This document shows, one piece after another, positions 1-10,550 of a DNA stretch of 64,000 nt. Each line of letters opens with the position of its first letter. Position 1 is the first letter of the stretch. Made by a program: the position numbers and the translations under genes. This DNA comes from an uncultured Chloroflexia bacterium (GTDB lineage: Bacteria > Chloroflexota > UBA6077 > JACCZL01): contig CAVXYC010000019.1 in the NCBI GenBank assembly GCA_963765765.1, positions 256,001-320,000 of the forward strand, written 5' to 3'. Below the pieces are notes generated by a model, which saw only the letters and a program-made list of their open reading frames with translations, did not search any database and was not told the DNA's origin.

Positions 1-2223
1 ATCCCGTACTTCACCCCCTATGCCAGTACGCTGAGCTGGGTCATGCTCACAATCGTTCTAGGGCTCTCGTTCGATCTTTTCGTGCCATTTGCATTTCGCT
101 TCTTGATCGATCAGATTTTGACCCGGCGACCATTGCCGTTCCCAATACCCGGTATTGGCAACGCCGGCGAGCAGATTGCCGTCGACGAACGAATGCAAAC
201 GCTCTTTGTGCTTCTTGGCGCAATGGTGTTCATGTTCATCATCAACACGATTGCCCGGATCCGTCAGACGTACCTCGTGGCAACGGTCAGTCAGAGCGTG
301 AACCTCGAGCTACGCCGCCGTTTCTTCGAGCACATGCAGCGCTTGCCGGTGACGTTCCACGCACGCACCGCGGCCACTGACATTAGCCAGCGTTTCTTTA
401 CCGATATCGCCTACGTTCCGGCGTCGCTGTCCACGGGGCTTGTTCCGTTGCTCAGCAACGGTCTGGCGATGCTCCTTTTCGGTTTCTCGATGCTCTCAAC
501 CAATCTCATTCTCGCCGGGATCGCGATTGCCGGATTACCCCTCTTTGCTTTTTCAGCGAGGACCGGGCGCGTCACTACGCGCGAGCTGCAGCGGGAGGGC
601 TCACGACGTGTCAGTGAGATTCAGCAGTCGCTCTTCGAGAACCTCGCGGGCCAGAGATTTCTTCGCTTCTGGAATGCTCGTGCAGGCCACCGTGAATCGC
701 TTCGAGGAAAAGCTCCAGATCAATCGCGATCTCAACGTCCGAACCACCCTAGTCACTTCCACATTTGCTCGAGCGACCATGCTCATCACGAATGCAGCGC
801 AGGTGGCCATTCTCATCACTGGCGGCGCCATCGTCATACTTTCCAATGGTCAGGACCTCACCGCGGGAGCACTGACGGCCTTTTATCTCCTTTTGCTCCG
901 TCTCTATGGTCCAGCGGGCCAATTTGCAGGTGCTACACAATCGCTGACGCAGGGCGCTGACGGCCTGAATCGACTGCGACGCATCTTCGATCAGAAGCCC
1001 GAGGAGGAGCCGGTCGAAGCGGTCGTCCTGGGGCCGTTGCAGAAGAGCATCGAGCTAAAGGACGTGGGACTGAGTCAGAGCGGTGGCAAAGTCGTGCTAC
1101 GGCGACTCTCGGCTGTCATCCCAGCGGGCAAGAAGATCGCTTTTGTCGGTCCAACTGGATCTGGGAAGGCCAATCTCATCACGCTCTTTCCGCGTCTGGA
1201 GAGTGCTACATCCGGTCAGGTCCTCTGGGATGGGTTGGATACCGCGCTGGTGACGCGGGATTCGCTCCGGTCTCAACTGACGGTGCTTACGCAGGATACC
1301 TTCGTCTTGAATGCCACGATCTACGAGAACATACGAATTACCAAGCCCGATGCTACCGAAGACGAAGTACTGCGCGCCTCAAATGACGCCGGGCTTCACG
1401 AGTTCGTCAACGGACTCCCAGGCGCCTACGATACGGTTACGAGCGATCGCGATCCGACATTGTCTGCTCCATTGCGGCAGCGGCTGAGTGTGGCAGGGCG
1501 TTATTGCGCGACTGCTCTGTAATTCTTATGGACGACGCGCTCTCCGCCCTCGATCCTCCTACTCAGAGAGAGCTGGAGCTAAAGCTGCGCGCGCATGCAT
1601 CATCCGGCACCCTCATTGTTGTTGCCCAGCGGCTTGGGAGCATCGAGGATGCAGACAACATCTATGTGATGGACGATGGTCAGGTTGTCGAGTCGGGCAC
1701 GCATTATGAGCTCCTTGACGCGCCCGGGCTTTACGTCCAGCTTCTCAAGGATGAGCTGGGTGAGGCCGCGGTAAGTGGCGCGCGCCAGGCTATGCGCCGA
1801 TTGAGCAAGCTGGCGCCATTCTCCAGTCTGCCGCCCGAAGTCATTGAGGAGACATCTGATCTTCTGCTTTTCATGGAGCGGTTGCCCGGTCAGGACATCG
1901 TGCGGGAGGGAAGCCTGGGCGATGAGCTCTTCATTATCGGGCGTGGCGAGGTGGAGATCGTCGTCCACGATGAGGACGGGGATGAGCAGATCGTTGCGAC
2001 GCTGGGTGAGGGCGATTACTTCGGGGAGATCAGCTTCCTCCGCAGAACGGCCCGAACTGCCACCGTGCGAGCTCGAACGCCCACCGAGCTTCACGTGCTC
2101 CGTCGTGTGGACTTCGACTTGTTGCTCAACCGGCTGGGCGAGGGCACCCTGGAGCACATGGAAGAAACCGCTCGCGCTCGGCTCGAGGACACGCGCTCAA
2201 AGCTAGCGGCGCTTTCAGCGTAG
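1..2223 (+). CDS. ABC exporter (TMD + NBD) fused to a C-terminal cyclic-nucleotide-binding domain; 5' end outside window; two apparent frameshifts (~675, ~1500)
   Basis: ORFs 43..960, 440..1522 and 1504..2223 join into TM helices, Walker A GPTGSGK, Q-loop LTQDT, Walker B ILMDD and the cNMP cassette GDYFGEISFL...RTATVRA. Confidence 0.85.
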
Positions 2224-2255
2224 TTTCCTTCATCAGGTCCATCTCTTCCGTTGAA

Positions 2256-2354
2256 CCTTGGACGCGGCGGTTTCGCGCTTCTCCTAGTGCGAAGCGCGTC
2301 CGGCAGCGGCTTCGAGCCTCGCAAGAAAGCGGCGAAGACCGCCGCGGTCCAAGG
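2256..2354. repeat. REP-like inverted-repeat doublet between convergent genes
   Basis: ccttggacgcggcggtttcgcgctt (2256-2280) is an imperfect reverse complement of aagcggcgaagaccgccgcggtccaagg (2327-2354). Confidence 0.6.
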
Positions 2355-2367
2355 CGCTTGGCGCCGA

Positions 2368-3102
2368 CTAGCTGTCGTAATTTCCGAGCTCGCGCTGTAG
2401 AAAATCCACTACAAGCGGCCAGGCAAGCTCTCCCGCGTGTGGCTCGTAGAAGGCGTCCGGATCGATGAACCCGTGTCCGCCGTGAGCGAAATAGTGCCAT
2501 TCCAGCCGCTGACCATTTTCAAGACATGCTTTCCAGAGCAGCATCTGGACTTCAACGGGGGAGACTGTCTCATCCGCTCCGAACATGATCAGCGAAGGAC
2601 ATTTGAAATCCGCAGCTGCTTCCCAGCCGCGACGTGGACGCATCTCGGTCTTCGGTTCGTCGCGCACAGTCGGGTAATAGCCCACGAATGCCCGTACATT
2701 GGGCGTGGCGGCAACGAAGTGCAGGGCAATTCGACCGCCCATGCAGTACCCAGCTACCGCGGCTCGTTCCTTATCCACATCGGGACGTGCCAGGAGATGC
2801 TCCCAGCCCTTGTTGATCGCGGCTATGAACTGCGCGTCAGACGTCTGACGCTGAAGCTCGGCCCCGAGGTGAATGTGCGTCACCGAAGGATGCCCGAGTA
2901 TCTCGTACAGGTTTGGAATGATCGTGGTGTAGCCCAGCTTGGCGTACTTGCGCGCCTCGATCTTTAGGTAGCCAGTGAGACCCGTGTACTGATGCACGAG
3001 AAGCAGCGCCGGCCCGGGACTGGTACGACGCGGATACGCGATGTAGCCCGCAATTCCATGCTGATCCGTCTTCAGCGCATGCTCGATGATCTCGTAATCC
3101 AT
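2368..3102 (-). CDS. dienelactone hydrolase family protein
   Basis: nucleophile motif GYCMGG, C-terminal GGHGF; start taken at MDYEII. Confidence 0.9.
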   Translation of the reverse strand: MDYEIIEHALKTDQHGIAGYIAYPRRTSPGPALLLVHQYTGLTGYLKIEARKYAKLGYTTIIPNLYEILGHPSVTHIHLGAELQRQTSDAQFIAAINKGWEHLLARPDVDKERAAVAGYCMGGRIALHFVAATPNVRAFVGYYPTVRDEPKTEMRPRRGWEAAADFKCPSLIMFGADETVSPVEVQMLLWKACLENGQRLEWHYFAHGGHGFIDPDAFYEPHAGELAWPLVVDFLQRELGNYDS

Positions 3103-3191
3103 AGCGAGAAAACTCCGAATCGAATTCATTCATCACAAGTGCCGGATCGCGGTTGATGGAGGATTGCCGTAGTTCAAAGTACAATCGGTCC

Positions 3192-3416
3192 ATGAGCTGG
3201 GAGGATCGAATCACTGTTACGCCAGGCGTGCGCAGCGGGAAACCCTGCATCCGCGGAACACGCATAACGGTGTACGACGTACTCGAGTATCTCGCAAGTG
3301 GAATGTCCGAAAGCGAGATTCTCCGTGATTTCCCCGATTTGACTCAGCATGATATTCGGGCGGTGCTCGGATTCGCCGCCGCGCGTGAGCGGCGAGTAGC
3401 TTCTCCTGCGATGTGA
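3192..3416 (+). CDS. DUF433 family antitoxin (VapB45-like)
   Basis: RITVTPGVRSGKPCIRGTRITVYDVLEYLASGMS...FPDLT is the DUF433 signature; overlaps the downstream PIN gene. Confidence 0.92.
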   Translation: MSWEDRITVTPGVRSGKPCIRGTRITVYDVLEYLASGMSESEILRDFPDLTQHDIRAVLGFAAARERRVASPAM

Positions 3417-3763
3417 GGCTGCTCTTTGATGAGAACTTAAGCTATCGACTAATTTCCATCCTGACCGCTGAATATCCCGAGAGTGCGCACGTCAGAGACC
3501 TTGGCCTAAAGGGTGCGGCCGATCAGTCGATTTGGCAATTCGCACGCGACAACGGTTACGCCGTTGTGTCCAAGGACTCGGACTTTCGTGATCAAAGCTT
3601 TGTCACCGGCCATCCTCCCAAAGTGATCTGGCTGGATGTTGGCAATGTCAGCACCACAGTAATCATTAATATCCTCCGGTCCCACCTCGAGCTCGTCAAT
3701 CAATTCGAAGTCGCCGAGCAAGAATCACTGCTGATTCTGTCTTTGCATGACGATTCCATCTGA
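3413..3763 (+). CDS. DUF5615 PIN-like toxin (VapC45-like), type II TA pair with DUF433
   Basis: MRLLFDENLS...D..IW.FA...VVSKDSDF...PPKVIWL motif; 4-nt overlap with the antitoxin. Confidence 0.9.
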   Translation: MRLLFDENLSYRLISILTAEYPESAHVRDLGLKGAADQSIWQFARDNGYAVVSKDSDFRDQSFVTGHPPKVIWLDVGNVSTTVIINILRSHLELVNQFEVAEQESLLILSLHDDSI

Positions 3764-3860
3764 CCGAATTGTTTTGCGGATGAGCCAAGCCGCGGGAACA
3801 AAGATCTGACTTCCTGCGTCTCCCCTGCCAACGGGTAACTGACTCGTGAGAGGAGATGGC

Positions 3861-4904
3861 ATGCGAGGCCTTGTTAATGTTTTCGCGGTGGGTGCCGCGA
3901 TCTCCGCGGCGGCTCTCGGAGCGGCCGCCCCCGTGCTGGCATGCGCGGGGCTCATCGGATCGAATGGCGCAGTGAATCTTGGCCGCACAACGACCCTCGC
4001 GGCCTACAGCGACGGTATGGAGCATTACGTCACGGCGTTCAAGTTCCAGGGTGGTGGCGGCCAATTTGGAACCTTGATCCCACTGCCTGACGTGCCATCC
4101 AGCGTTGACCGCGGCGGCGCATGGACCCTGCAGCGACTCATTCGAGAGACAGAGCCGCCTCGAGCGCTACGCTTAGCTGCCTCGGATAGTGTTCTAGCCG
4201 CGCCTGCGCCGGCGGAAGTGCTACTGCAGACTCGCGTTGATGCCCTTGATCTCACCGTTTTGAAGGGTGGAGCTCCGTCGGTAGCAGCCTGGGCGACCGA
4301 CCACGGTTTCCGACTCTCCCCCGACGCTCCCGAGGTGCTCGAGTTTTACGCTGAACGCAGCCCGATCTTCCTGGCGGCGGTGTTCGATGGCGAGGCGGCC
4401 GCGGCTCGTGGCCAGCAGCTCGGCGATGGCACTCCAGTTCACATCACCATTCCGACATCCAATCCGTGGGTACCCCTGCGAATCCTCGGTCTTGGTCGAC
4501 AGCCCACAGACGAGATTCAAGCGGATGTGTTCCTGCTGACTGACCAACTCCCCACCATGCTTCCTGGAACAAACAAGGAGCTGGGACTCGCCCACAGCGC
4601 TCAGGCGAACAAGCGACTCCTGGACGATCTGCGGGCAGACGAAGGGATGAGCTGGATTCCTGAGTCAGCATGGCTGACAAAGGTCACTGTGAACAGCACG
4701 ACGGCGAACCTGCGATATGACCTTGCCGTGGACGCTACCGGCCAGGGTATGCCGTCACGTGTGGCTGCCGGACTCGAGTCGCCTTCGCAACCCGTGTCGC
4801 TCGACGGCATGGTGCCACCCGCGGCGGCAGGGGCCGGAGCGATGATCTTGATGGCTGCTCCAGCGATAGCTCGTGCCCGCCGCGAGCGCAAGTCGGAGCC
4901 GTGA
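3861..4904 (+). CDS. DUF2330-like exported protein with C-terminal membrane anchor
   Basis: signal peptide ending VLA-CAG, motif FGTLIPLPDVP, hydrophobic C-terminus followed by basic tail. Confidence 0.7.
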   Translation: MRGLVNVFAVGAAISAAALGAAAPVLACAGLIGSNGAVNLGRTTTLAAYSDGMEHYVTAFKFQGGGGQFGTLIPLPDVPSSVDRGGAWTLQRLIRETEPPRALRLAASDSVLAAPAPAEVLLQTRVDALDLTVLKGGAPSVAAWATDHGFRLSPDAPEVLEFYAERSPIFLAAVFDGEAAAARGQQLGDGTPVHITIPTSNPWVPLRILGLGRQPTDEIQADVFLLTDQLPTMLPGTNKELGLAHSAQANKRLLDDLRADEGMSWIPESAWLTKVTVNSTTANLRYDLAVDATGQGMPSRVAAGLESPSQPVSLDGMVPPAAAGAGAMILMAAPAIARARRERKSEP

Positions 4905-5302
4905 GGCGATATAGGGCGCTGGGCGCGATCCTGCTCATCGGACTGATGAGCGGGTGCGCGCCCGGCGGCCCAACCACCAACGATGCGACAGTGGTCTTCC
5001 GATACTCACACTTTGATCCGGGCGACCTGAAGGTCAAGGCCGGCGTACCGGTCATGTTCACGCTCCGCAACGACGATCCGATCGAGCACGAATGGATCGT
5101 GGGACCGAGCTCGATTCATCAGGTCCACCGAGTCGGTACGGAAGCGGTCCACAATGAGCGGCCAACCGAAGTCACGGTGCCGCCTTATACGACCAAGACA
5201 ACCACGATTGTCTTTGAACAGCCAGGCGCCATCCAGTACATCTGTCATCTCCCCGGCCATGAGGAATACGGCATGAAGGGAGTGCTCACCGTCGTTCGGT
5301 AA
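4901..5302 (+). CDS. cupredoxin (plastocyanin/azurin-like) lipoprotein
   Basis: lipobox LMSGC; type-1 copper ligands H(EW) and C-x4-H-x4-M (YICHLPGHEEYGM). Confidence 0.9.
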   Translation: MRRYRALGAILLIGLMSGCAPGGPTTNDATVVFRYSHFDPGDLKVKAGVPVMFTLRNDDPIEHEWIVGPSSIHQVHRVGTEAVHNERPTEVTVPPYTTKTTTIVFEQPGAIQYICHLPGHEEYGMKGVLTVVR

Positions 5303-5382
5303 CGGAACCGCGCGAAGCGCCTTGAGCAGCACGGAACCGGTACAGTGTCTCGTCACGGAATGGAGATCTGGAGGATCCGTAT

Positions 5383-6244
5383 ATGGGCGCGCATGAGCAG
5401 CGAAAGCGACTTCGCGAGATATTGGCCGGCGACGAGTTCGTGTCCCCCGCGTCGGTGTATGACCCGCTGACAGCGCGCGCGGCCGAGGCACTCGGATACG
5501 AGATGATGATGTTCGCGGGCTCCACCGCGTCGCTCACGGTGTTAGGAGCGCCAGACCTCGTGGTGCTGACGCTTTCTGAGTTCGCGGAGCAGTGTCACCG
5601 AATCACGCGAGTAAGCTCCCTGCCGCTCATGGTGGATGCCGATCACGGGTATGGCAATGCCCTAAATGTCATGCGCTGCGTGCAGGAGATGGAAGCGGCC
5701 GGAGTCTCAGCGATGAGCATCGAGGACACCGTACTGCCGCGCGCATTTGGATCGAGCGGCGAGACGTTCACCTCGGTGGAAGAAGGCGTGGGCAAGATGA
5801 AAGCTGCTCTAGCGGCACGCTCCGATCCGAGCTTCGTAATCTACGGTCGCACCAGCGCGATTCGAGCTGAAGGGATCGAGGGCGTGCTCAAACGGGCCAA
5901 GGCCTATGAGGAGGTAGGCGTCGATGGCCTCTTCTTCGTCGGCCTTCGTACCAAGGCGGAGCTGGAGGCGCTTCGGGCGCAGTCATCCCTGCCCTTCATC
6001 ATGGGCTCTACTGGACCGGAGATTGCGGATCGAGCCTATCTGGCATCTCAGGGCGCTCGCGTGGGCGGCTGGGACCACGCGCCACTTCAGGCAGCAGCTC
6101 GTGCGGCCTACGATTCGCTGCGCGGGCACCGGGAGTCAACCGCGCCCGGCAAGGTTCCGCCCGGCATTAGAAGCGTCAGAATTCATCGGGAAACTTACGG
6201 CGCAGTCTGAGTATGAGGCGGCAACAAAGGAGTTCCTGAGCTAG
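5383..6244 (+). CDS. ICL/PEP mutase family enzyme, oxaloacetate decarboxylase-like; frameshift near the C-terminus (~6160)
   Basis: VDADHGYGNALNV and IEDTVLP motifs; lacks the KxCGH lyase loop; tail continues in ORF 5924..6244. Confidence 0.85.
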
Positions 6245-6285
6245 TCTGTCGCAAGTATCGAATGCGGCAGCGACTTCACTAGCTT

Positions 6286-6377
6286 CCGGAGCGACGGGCT
6301 TCCCGCCCGCCCGCGAAGCGCCGCTTCTAAGGCTGAGGTAGCGCCTGCGCGGACGGGCGGGAAGCCCGTCGCTCCGG
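6286..6377. repeat. REP-like 30-bp inverted-repeat doublet
   Basis: ccggagcgacgggcttcccgcccgcccgcg / cgcggacgggcgggaagcccgtcgctccgg, one mismatch. Confidence 0.8.
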
Positions 6378-6408
6378 GAATTCGAAGATACGATCGGACT
6401 GAGTATTC

Positions 6409-7105
6409 GTGACCCCGGAAGGCAGCTCTTTAGAGAATGTCCGCTCCGCCTACGACCGCTGGTCGCAGGTCTACGACCACGATGCCAATCCACTACCCGC
6501 GCTCGAATCCGGGCCCATGCGGGCCGCAATCGGCGACGTGCAGCGGAGACGAGTGCTGGACCTTGGCTGCGGGACAGGTCGGCACACGGCCTGGCTCTCA
6601 GAGCAGGGCGCGGACGTCACGGCGGTGGACTTTTCAGCCGGCATGCTCGCCCAGGCTCGCTCACAGTGCGCGTCGGGCAGACGTGCGATTCGTCGTTCAC
6701 GATTTGCATGAGCCGCTGCCGTTCCCTGAACGCTCATTTGACGTGCTGGTTAGCGCCCTGGTGCTGGAGCACATCCGAGCTCTCGAGCCCTTCTTCACTG
6801 AAATGCAACGCGTGCTTACGCCGGGCGGGCGAGCGCTTGTTTCGACGCTCCATCCGTCCATGTTCCTCGTGGGCAGTCAGGCAAGGTTCACCGACCCGGA
6901 GTCCGGAGCCATCGTTCGTCCGGGCAGCGTTGACCATCCAATTGGTGAGATCGTGATGGCCACGATACGCGCCGGGCTCAAGCTGGAAGCGATTGAAGAG
7001 CATGCACCCACACTGGAGTTTGCCGACAGGTACATTCGCGCCGTGAAGTACGTTGGTCGACAGATGTTGTTGATGCTTGTGATGCGCGCGGGGCAGAGAA
7101 CATGA
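6409..7105 (+). CDS. class I SAM-dependent methyltransferase; frameshift ~6670
   Basis: VLDLGCGTG in ORF 6409..6711 continues into LPFPERSFDVLV...VLTPGG in ORF 6437..7105. Confidence 0.88.
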
Positions 7106-7440
7106 CCATTGAGCGATTTTCGGAATACCAGCGTCAGTCCAGAAAAACCTGGAACCCCGTGCACACGGACGATCCTATCGTCTATCCCACACTGGGCCTG
7201 GTCAACGAGGCCGGAGAGGTCGCTGGGAAAGTCAAGAAGATCTTCCGCGACAAGGGCGGGACCATCTCAGACGAGGATCGTGAGGAGCTCAAGCTTGAGC
7301 TTGGTGACGTCCTCTGGTACATCGCCCAGATCTGCACCGAGCTGGGCATTTCGCTGGACGATGTTGCCGACGCAAACATTGAGAAGCTTCGCTCACGGTT
7401 CGAGCGCGGCACGATTCGGGGCGAGGGCGATCATCGGTAG
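7102..7440 (+). CDS. MazG-like NTP pyrophosphohydrolase
   Basis: LGLVNEAGEVAGKVKK...ELGDVLWY...NIEKL..R acidic metal-binding motif. Confidence 0.9.
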   Translation: MTIERFSEYQRQSRKTWNPVHTDDPIVYPTLGLVNEAGEVAGKVKKIFRDKGGTISDEDREELKLELGDVLWYIAQICTELGISLDDVADANIEKLRSRFERGTIRGEGDHR

Positions 7441-7465
7441 AGGTCGCTGAGTCTGAGTCCTGGCT

Positions 7466-7585
7466 ATTTCGCGAGCCCCTCACCCCAACCGGCGAGGGAG
7501 CCGTTGTGGCGTTGATCGGGATCGATCTCCCCAGCTTGGCTCCCTCGCCCTTTGGGAGAGGGTTGGGGTGAGGGGCTCGCGAAAT
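7466..7585. repeat. REP-like element pair (CCCTCACCCCAACCCTCTCCC...GGGCGAGGGAG family)
   Basis: inverted arms 7466-7502 (internal 11-nt deletion) and 7538-7585; same family at 37794 and 61949, variant at 13906. Confidence 0.85.
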
Positions 7586-7592
7586 CCTCTCC

Positions 7593-8393
7593 CTACTCCG
7601 GCATTACATGCAGCTGCGCAACAATCCCCTCCAGCGCCTTGGACGCAGCCGGGTAGCGTGCGAGCACGAGTGGATCATGGCCGGGAACAACGTGAGACGG
7701 GGACTCAGCAAGGCTGCGCAGCCTCTCATAGCCATCGACCATCTGGCCAAGGTGAAATGCAGTGGGGAAGCAGCGCCCGGTCTCCATATGTTCGTAGTAA
7801 TGACTCGCGTCTGAAGCCAGCACCACCCAGCCGCGCTCAGTGTGGACGCGCACTGACTGCAAGCCCATGGTGTGACCACCGATGCGATGCAAACTGACGC
7901 CAGGTGCAATCTCAGCGTCTCCGTCGTGGAATGCAATCCGCCCCGCGAATGACATGCGCACCATGCTGACCACGTCTTCTATCTCAAAGCTGTGCTTGAA
8001 CTGGCGCTGCTGCATATATCGTCCCGTCACGAAGCGCATCTCATCATCCTGAAGATGGAACGTCGCGTTCGGAAAGTCGGGGTACGTGCCCACGTGGTCG
8101 TAATGCATGTGCGAGATGATGACCGTGTCGATCGCGTCAGCGTCCACATCCAGGAGCGCTAGCCCATCCTTGGGCTTACGCAGATGACGCCGCCCGCGCT
8201 TCTCCGCGACCTCGGCGGTGTAGCCCGTGTCGAGCAAGATGGTCCGATCGTCATTGCGGATCAGCCAGACGAAGTAGTCCATAGGCATCGGGGCATCATG
8301 GGGATCCCCACCAATGAAGTGCTCCGATCGTCGGGCATCGCGCTCGGCATATTTCACCGCGAAAACCTCGTAGGTCGGTTCACTCATTTCCAT
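7593..8393 (-). CDS. N-acyl homoserine lactonase-family metallo-beta-lactamase fold hydrolase
   Basis: HMHYDHVG (HxHxDH), GGHT, ASDASH and PGHD motifs. Confidence 0.9.
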   Translation of the reverse strand: MEMSEPTYEVFAVKYAERDARRSEHFIGGDPHDAPMPMDYFVWLIRNDDRTILLDTGYTAEVAEKRGRRHLRKPKDGLALLDVDADAIDTVIISHMHYDHVGTYPDFPNATFHLQDDEMRFVTGRYMQQRQFKHSFEIEDVVSMVRMSFAGRIAFHDGDAEIAPGVSLHRIGGHTMGLQSVRVHTERGWVVLASDASHYYEHMETGRCFPTAFHLGQMVDGYERLRSLAESPSHVVPGHDPLVLARYPAASKALEGIVAQLHVMPE

Positions 8394-8615
8394 ATCCCCT
8401 CTACCGCTTCATGACCGCGTTGCATCGCCAGCGCGTCCGCTGTGGTTCCGAAGGAATCGTCTAACTCTTCTCTTCGCCAATCCATAGGTGCATGATCTTA
8501 GCGGGCATTGGCCGCGTTTTGGAACGGAGCGCCGTCGAAATGCGATTCAAGCCTACGGCAATAGAAAACCCTACCCGTTCCCGTGGCGCTTCGCGCTCTC
8601 GTTTGGCCTGAATGG

Positions 8616-8644
8616 TTGCCGGACCGGTCATGCGAGGTAATACT
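8616..8644 (+). promoter_or_regulatory. candidate sigma70 promoter for the SBP gene
   Basis: TTGCCG-17 nt-AATACT, about 50 nt upstream of ATG 8694. Confidence 0.35.
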
Positions 8645-8693
8645 GGGAGCAGATCAGGCAATGGCACAACCCCCGGTACCTGGGAGGTCATCC

Positions 8694-10433
8694 ATGTTGC
8701 TCAGGCGGATGCGCGGCGGACTCGTTCGATCGGCCCAAGTTGCGTCTGTGGTGGTTTTGATGGTTGGGTGCGCGGCGCCCGGAGCACCACCGTCCACCGC
8801 GCCAACGGCGGCCCCGCCGCCCAAGGAGCAGCCCGCCGTCCCGACTGTGGTTCCAGCGCCAACGGTCGCCGCGGCCCAGGCACAACCGTCCCTGTCGCGA
8901 TTGGTCATGGCGGTGGCTCCTCCGGGACGCGAGTCGAACGACGTCCGCTTCACCGGTAACACTGACCTGTGGGCACTCCGCCCGATGTACGAGTTCCTCA
9001 TCGGCCTAGATCCCAAGACGGGCAAGTACATTCCGCAGCTCGCCACCGAGTGGCAGCTTGACGAGGCCGGCCCATCGGCTCGATTCAAGCTACGCAAGGG
9101 TGTGCAGTTCCATGGGGGAAACGGTGAGTTTACCGCCAAAGACGTCGTGTTTACCCGCGAGCAGATGCGCAAGGATGACGTCATCAACGGCTGGCGTACG
9201 TTCTTCGACTCAGCGATCAAGGACATCGAAGTCGTCAATGACTACGAGGTCGTTTTCCATCTCTCGCGAGCAGATCCCAACTTGCTCGACATTATCTGCG
9301 GAAGCCGAAAACGGGTTTGAGATCCGAAGCGCGGCGCACTTCGACAAGATAGGGCCTCCCACCATGGAAAGTGGCCCACTGGCCGGGACGGGTGCCTATC
9401 AGTTCAAGGAGCGTGCTCAGGCACAGTACATTCGGTTTGAGCGCGTGCCATATCAGCATTGGCGAGCCCAGCCCGAGTTCCCTGAGTTCGAGTTCCGTTT
9501 CCAGCGCGAGGCGTCCACTCGTCTGGCCGCGCTGCAGGCCGGCGAAGTCCACATCACCACCTTACCGGCGGACCTACAACGCGATGCCGAGCGTCGAGGC
9601 TTCCCGGTCATCAGCAGTCAGGCTCCAGGCCTGCGCACTTTCATGCGTTACTACTGCTGCATCATGAAGGATCCCAAGAATCCAGACGCTGGCTGGGAGT
9701 ATCCGGATAGCCCGTTGATGGACGTACGTGTCCGCAAGGCGCTCAACAAGGCCATCAACCGCGACGAGCTGAACAAGGCGCTGTTCGACGGTAAGGGCGA
9801 GCCGATGTACGTCACTCAGCACCATCAAACTCGCCTGGGCTGGGACCCCTCGTGGGTGCAGCGCTGGCCAGACGAATACGGCTACGATCCCGCCGCTGCC
9901 CGCGCGCTGCTTGCCGAGGCGGGCTTTACAGCCGGCAAGCCGATGACCACGAACATCGTTTGTCGACGCCGATGGCCTCCATTGGTCAGGCACAGGATGT
10001 TCAAGAAGCCGTGGCCGGATACTGGCGTGCTGTAGGTGCCCAGGTGGAGCTACTGTCCACAGATCCGACAGAGATCGCCAACAACACACGCGTCCGTAAG
10101 TACAGCAACCACGTCCAGATGTGGGCAAACGCTTCGGCGATGTTCACGGGCTTCACCGGCCTGTTCCTCACCTGGGGCGGACGCGGCAATGGCTTCGAGG
10201 ACTTCGACGTCGATCGCTACGTCCTCGAAGCGGTCAGCACCTTTGACGAGAAGAAGCAGGACGAGGCCTGGCGCAAGGCCGGCGAGGTGCACTTCGCCAA
10301 GCACGCCGCGGTCCCGCTCTTCTGGCTCCCGGCCGAGGCCGTTATCAACCCGCGGGTGGTGTCAGAGTACACGTACCCTGGCAACGTTACCGGGACGTGG
10401 ACGCACGTGTACACGGCGAAGGCCGCGAAGTAG
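8694..10433 (+). CDS. ABC transporter substrate-binding lipoprotein, family 5 (peptide/nickel type); frameshifts ~9295 and ~9960
   Basis: lipobox MVGC, FKLRKGVQFHGG..FTAKDV, GTGAYQF, VRVRKALNKAINR across ORFs 8583, 9058 and 9852; SD GGAGG upstream. Confidence 0.88.
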
Positions 10434-10550
10434 ACACAGTAGCCGCTGACATCCGGATGACGCAGCGAGCGACCTATTCCGCGGCAGCCGCTGAATACGG
10501 TGGCAACGATCCATCGCGCATAGGCTGTCTAGAAGGCTACGCCAGTGCGG

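Noticed and set aside
670-1505. Programmed ribosomal frameshifting in the ABC-cNMP gene
   Set aside because: No slippery heptamers at the junctions, and similar indels occur across many unrelated genes
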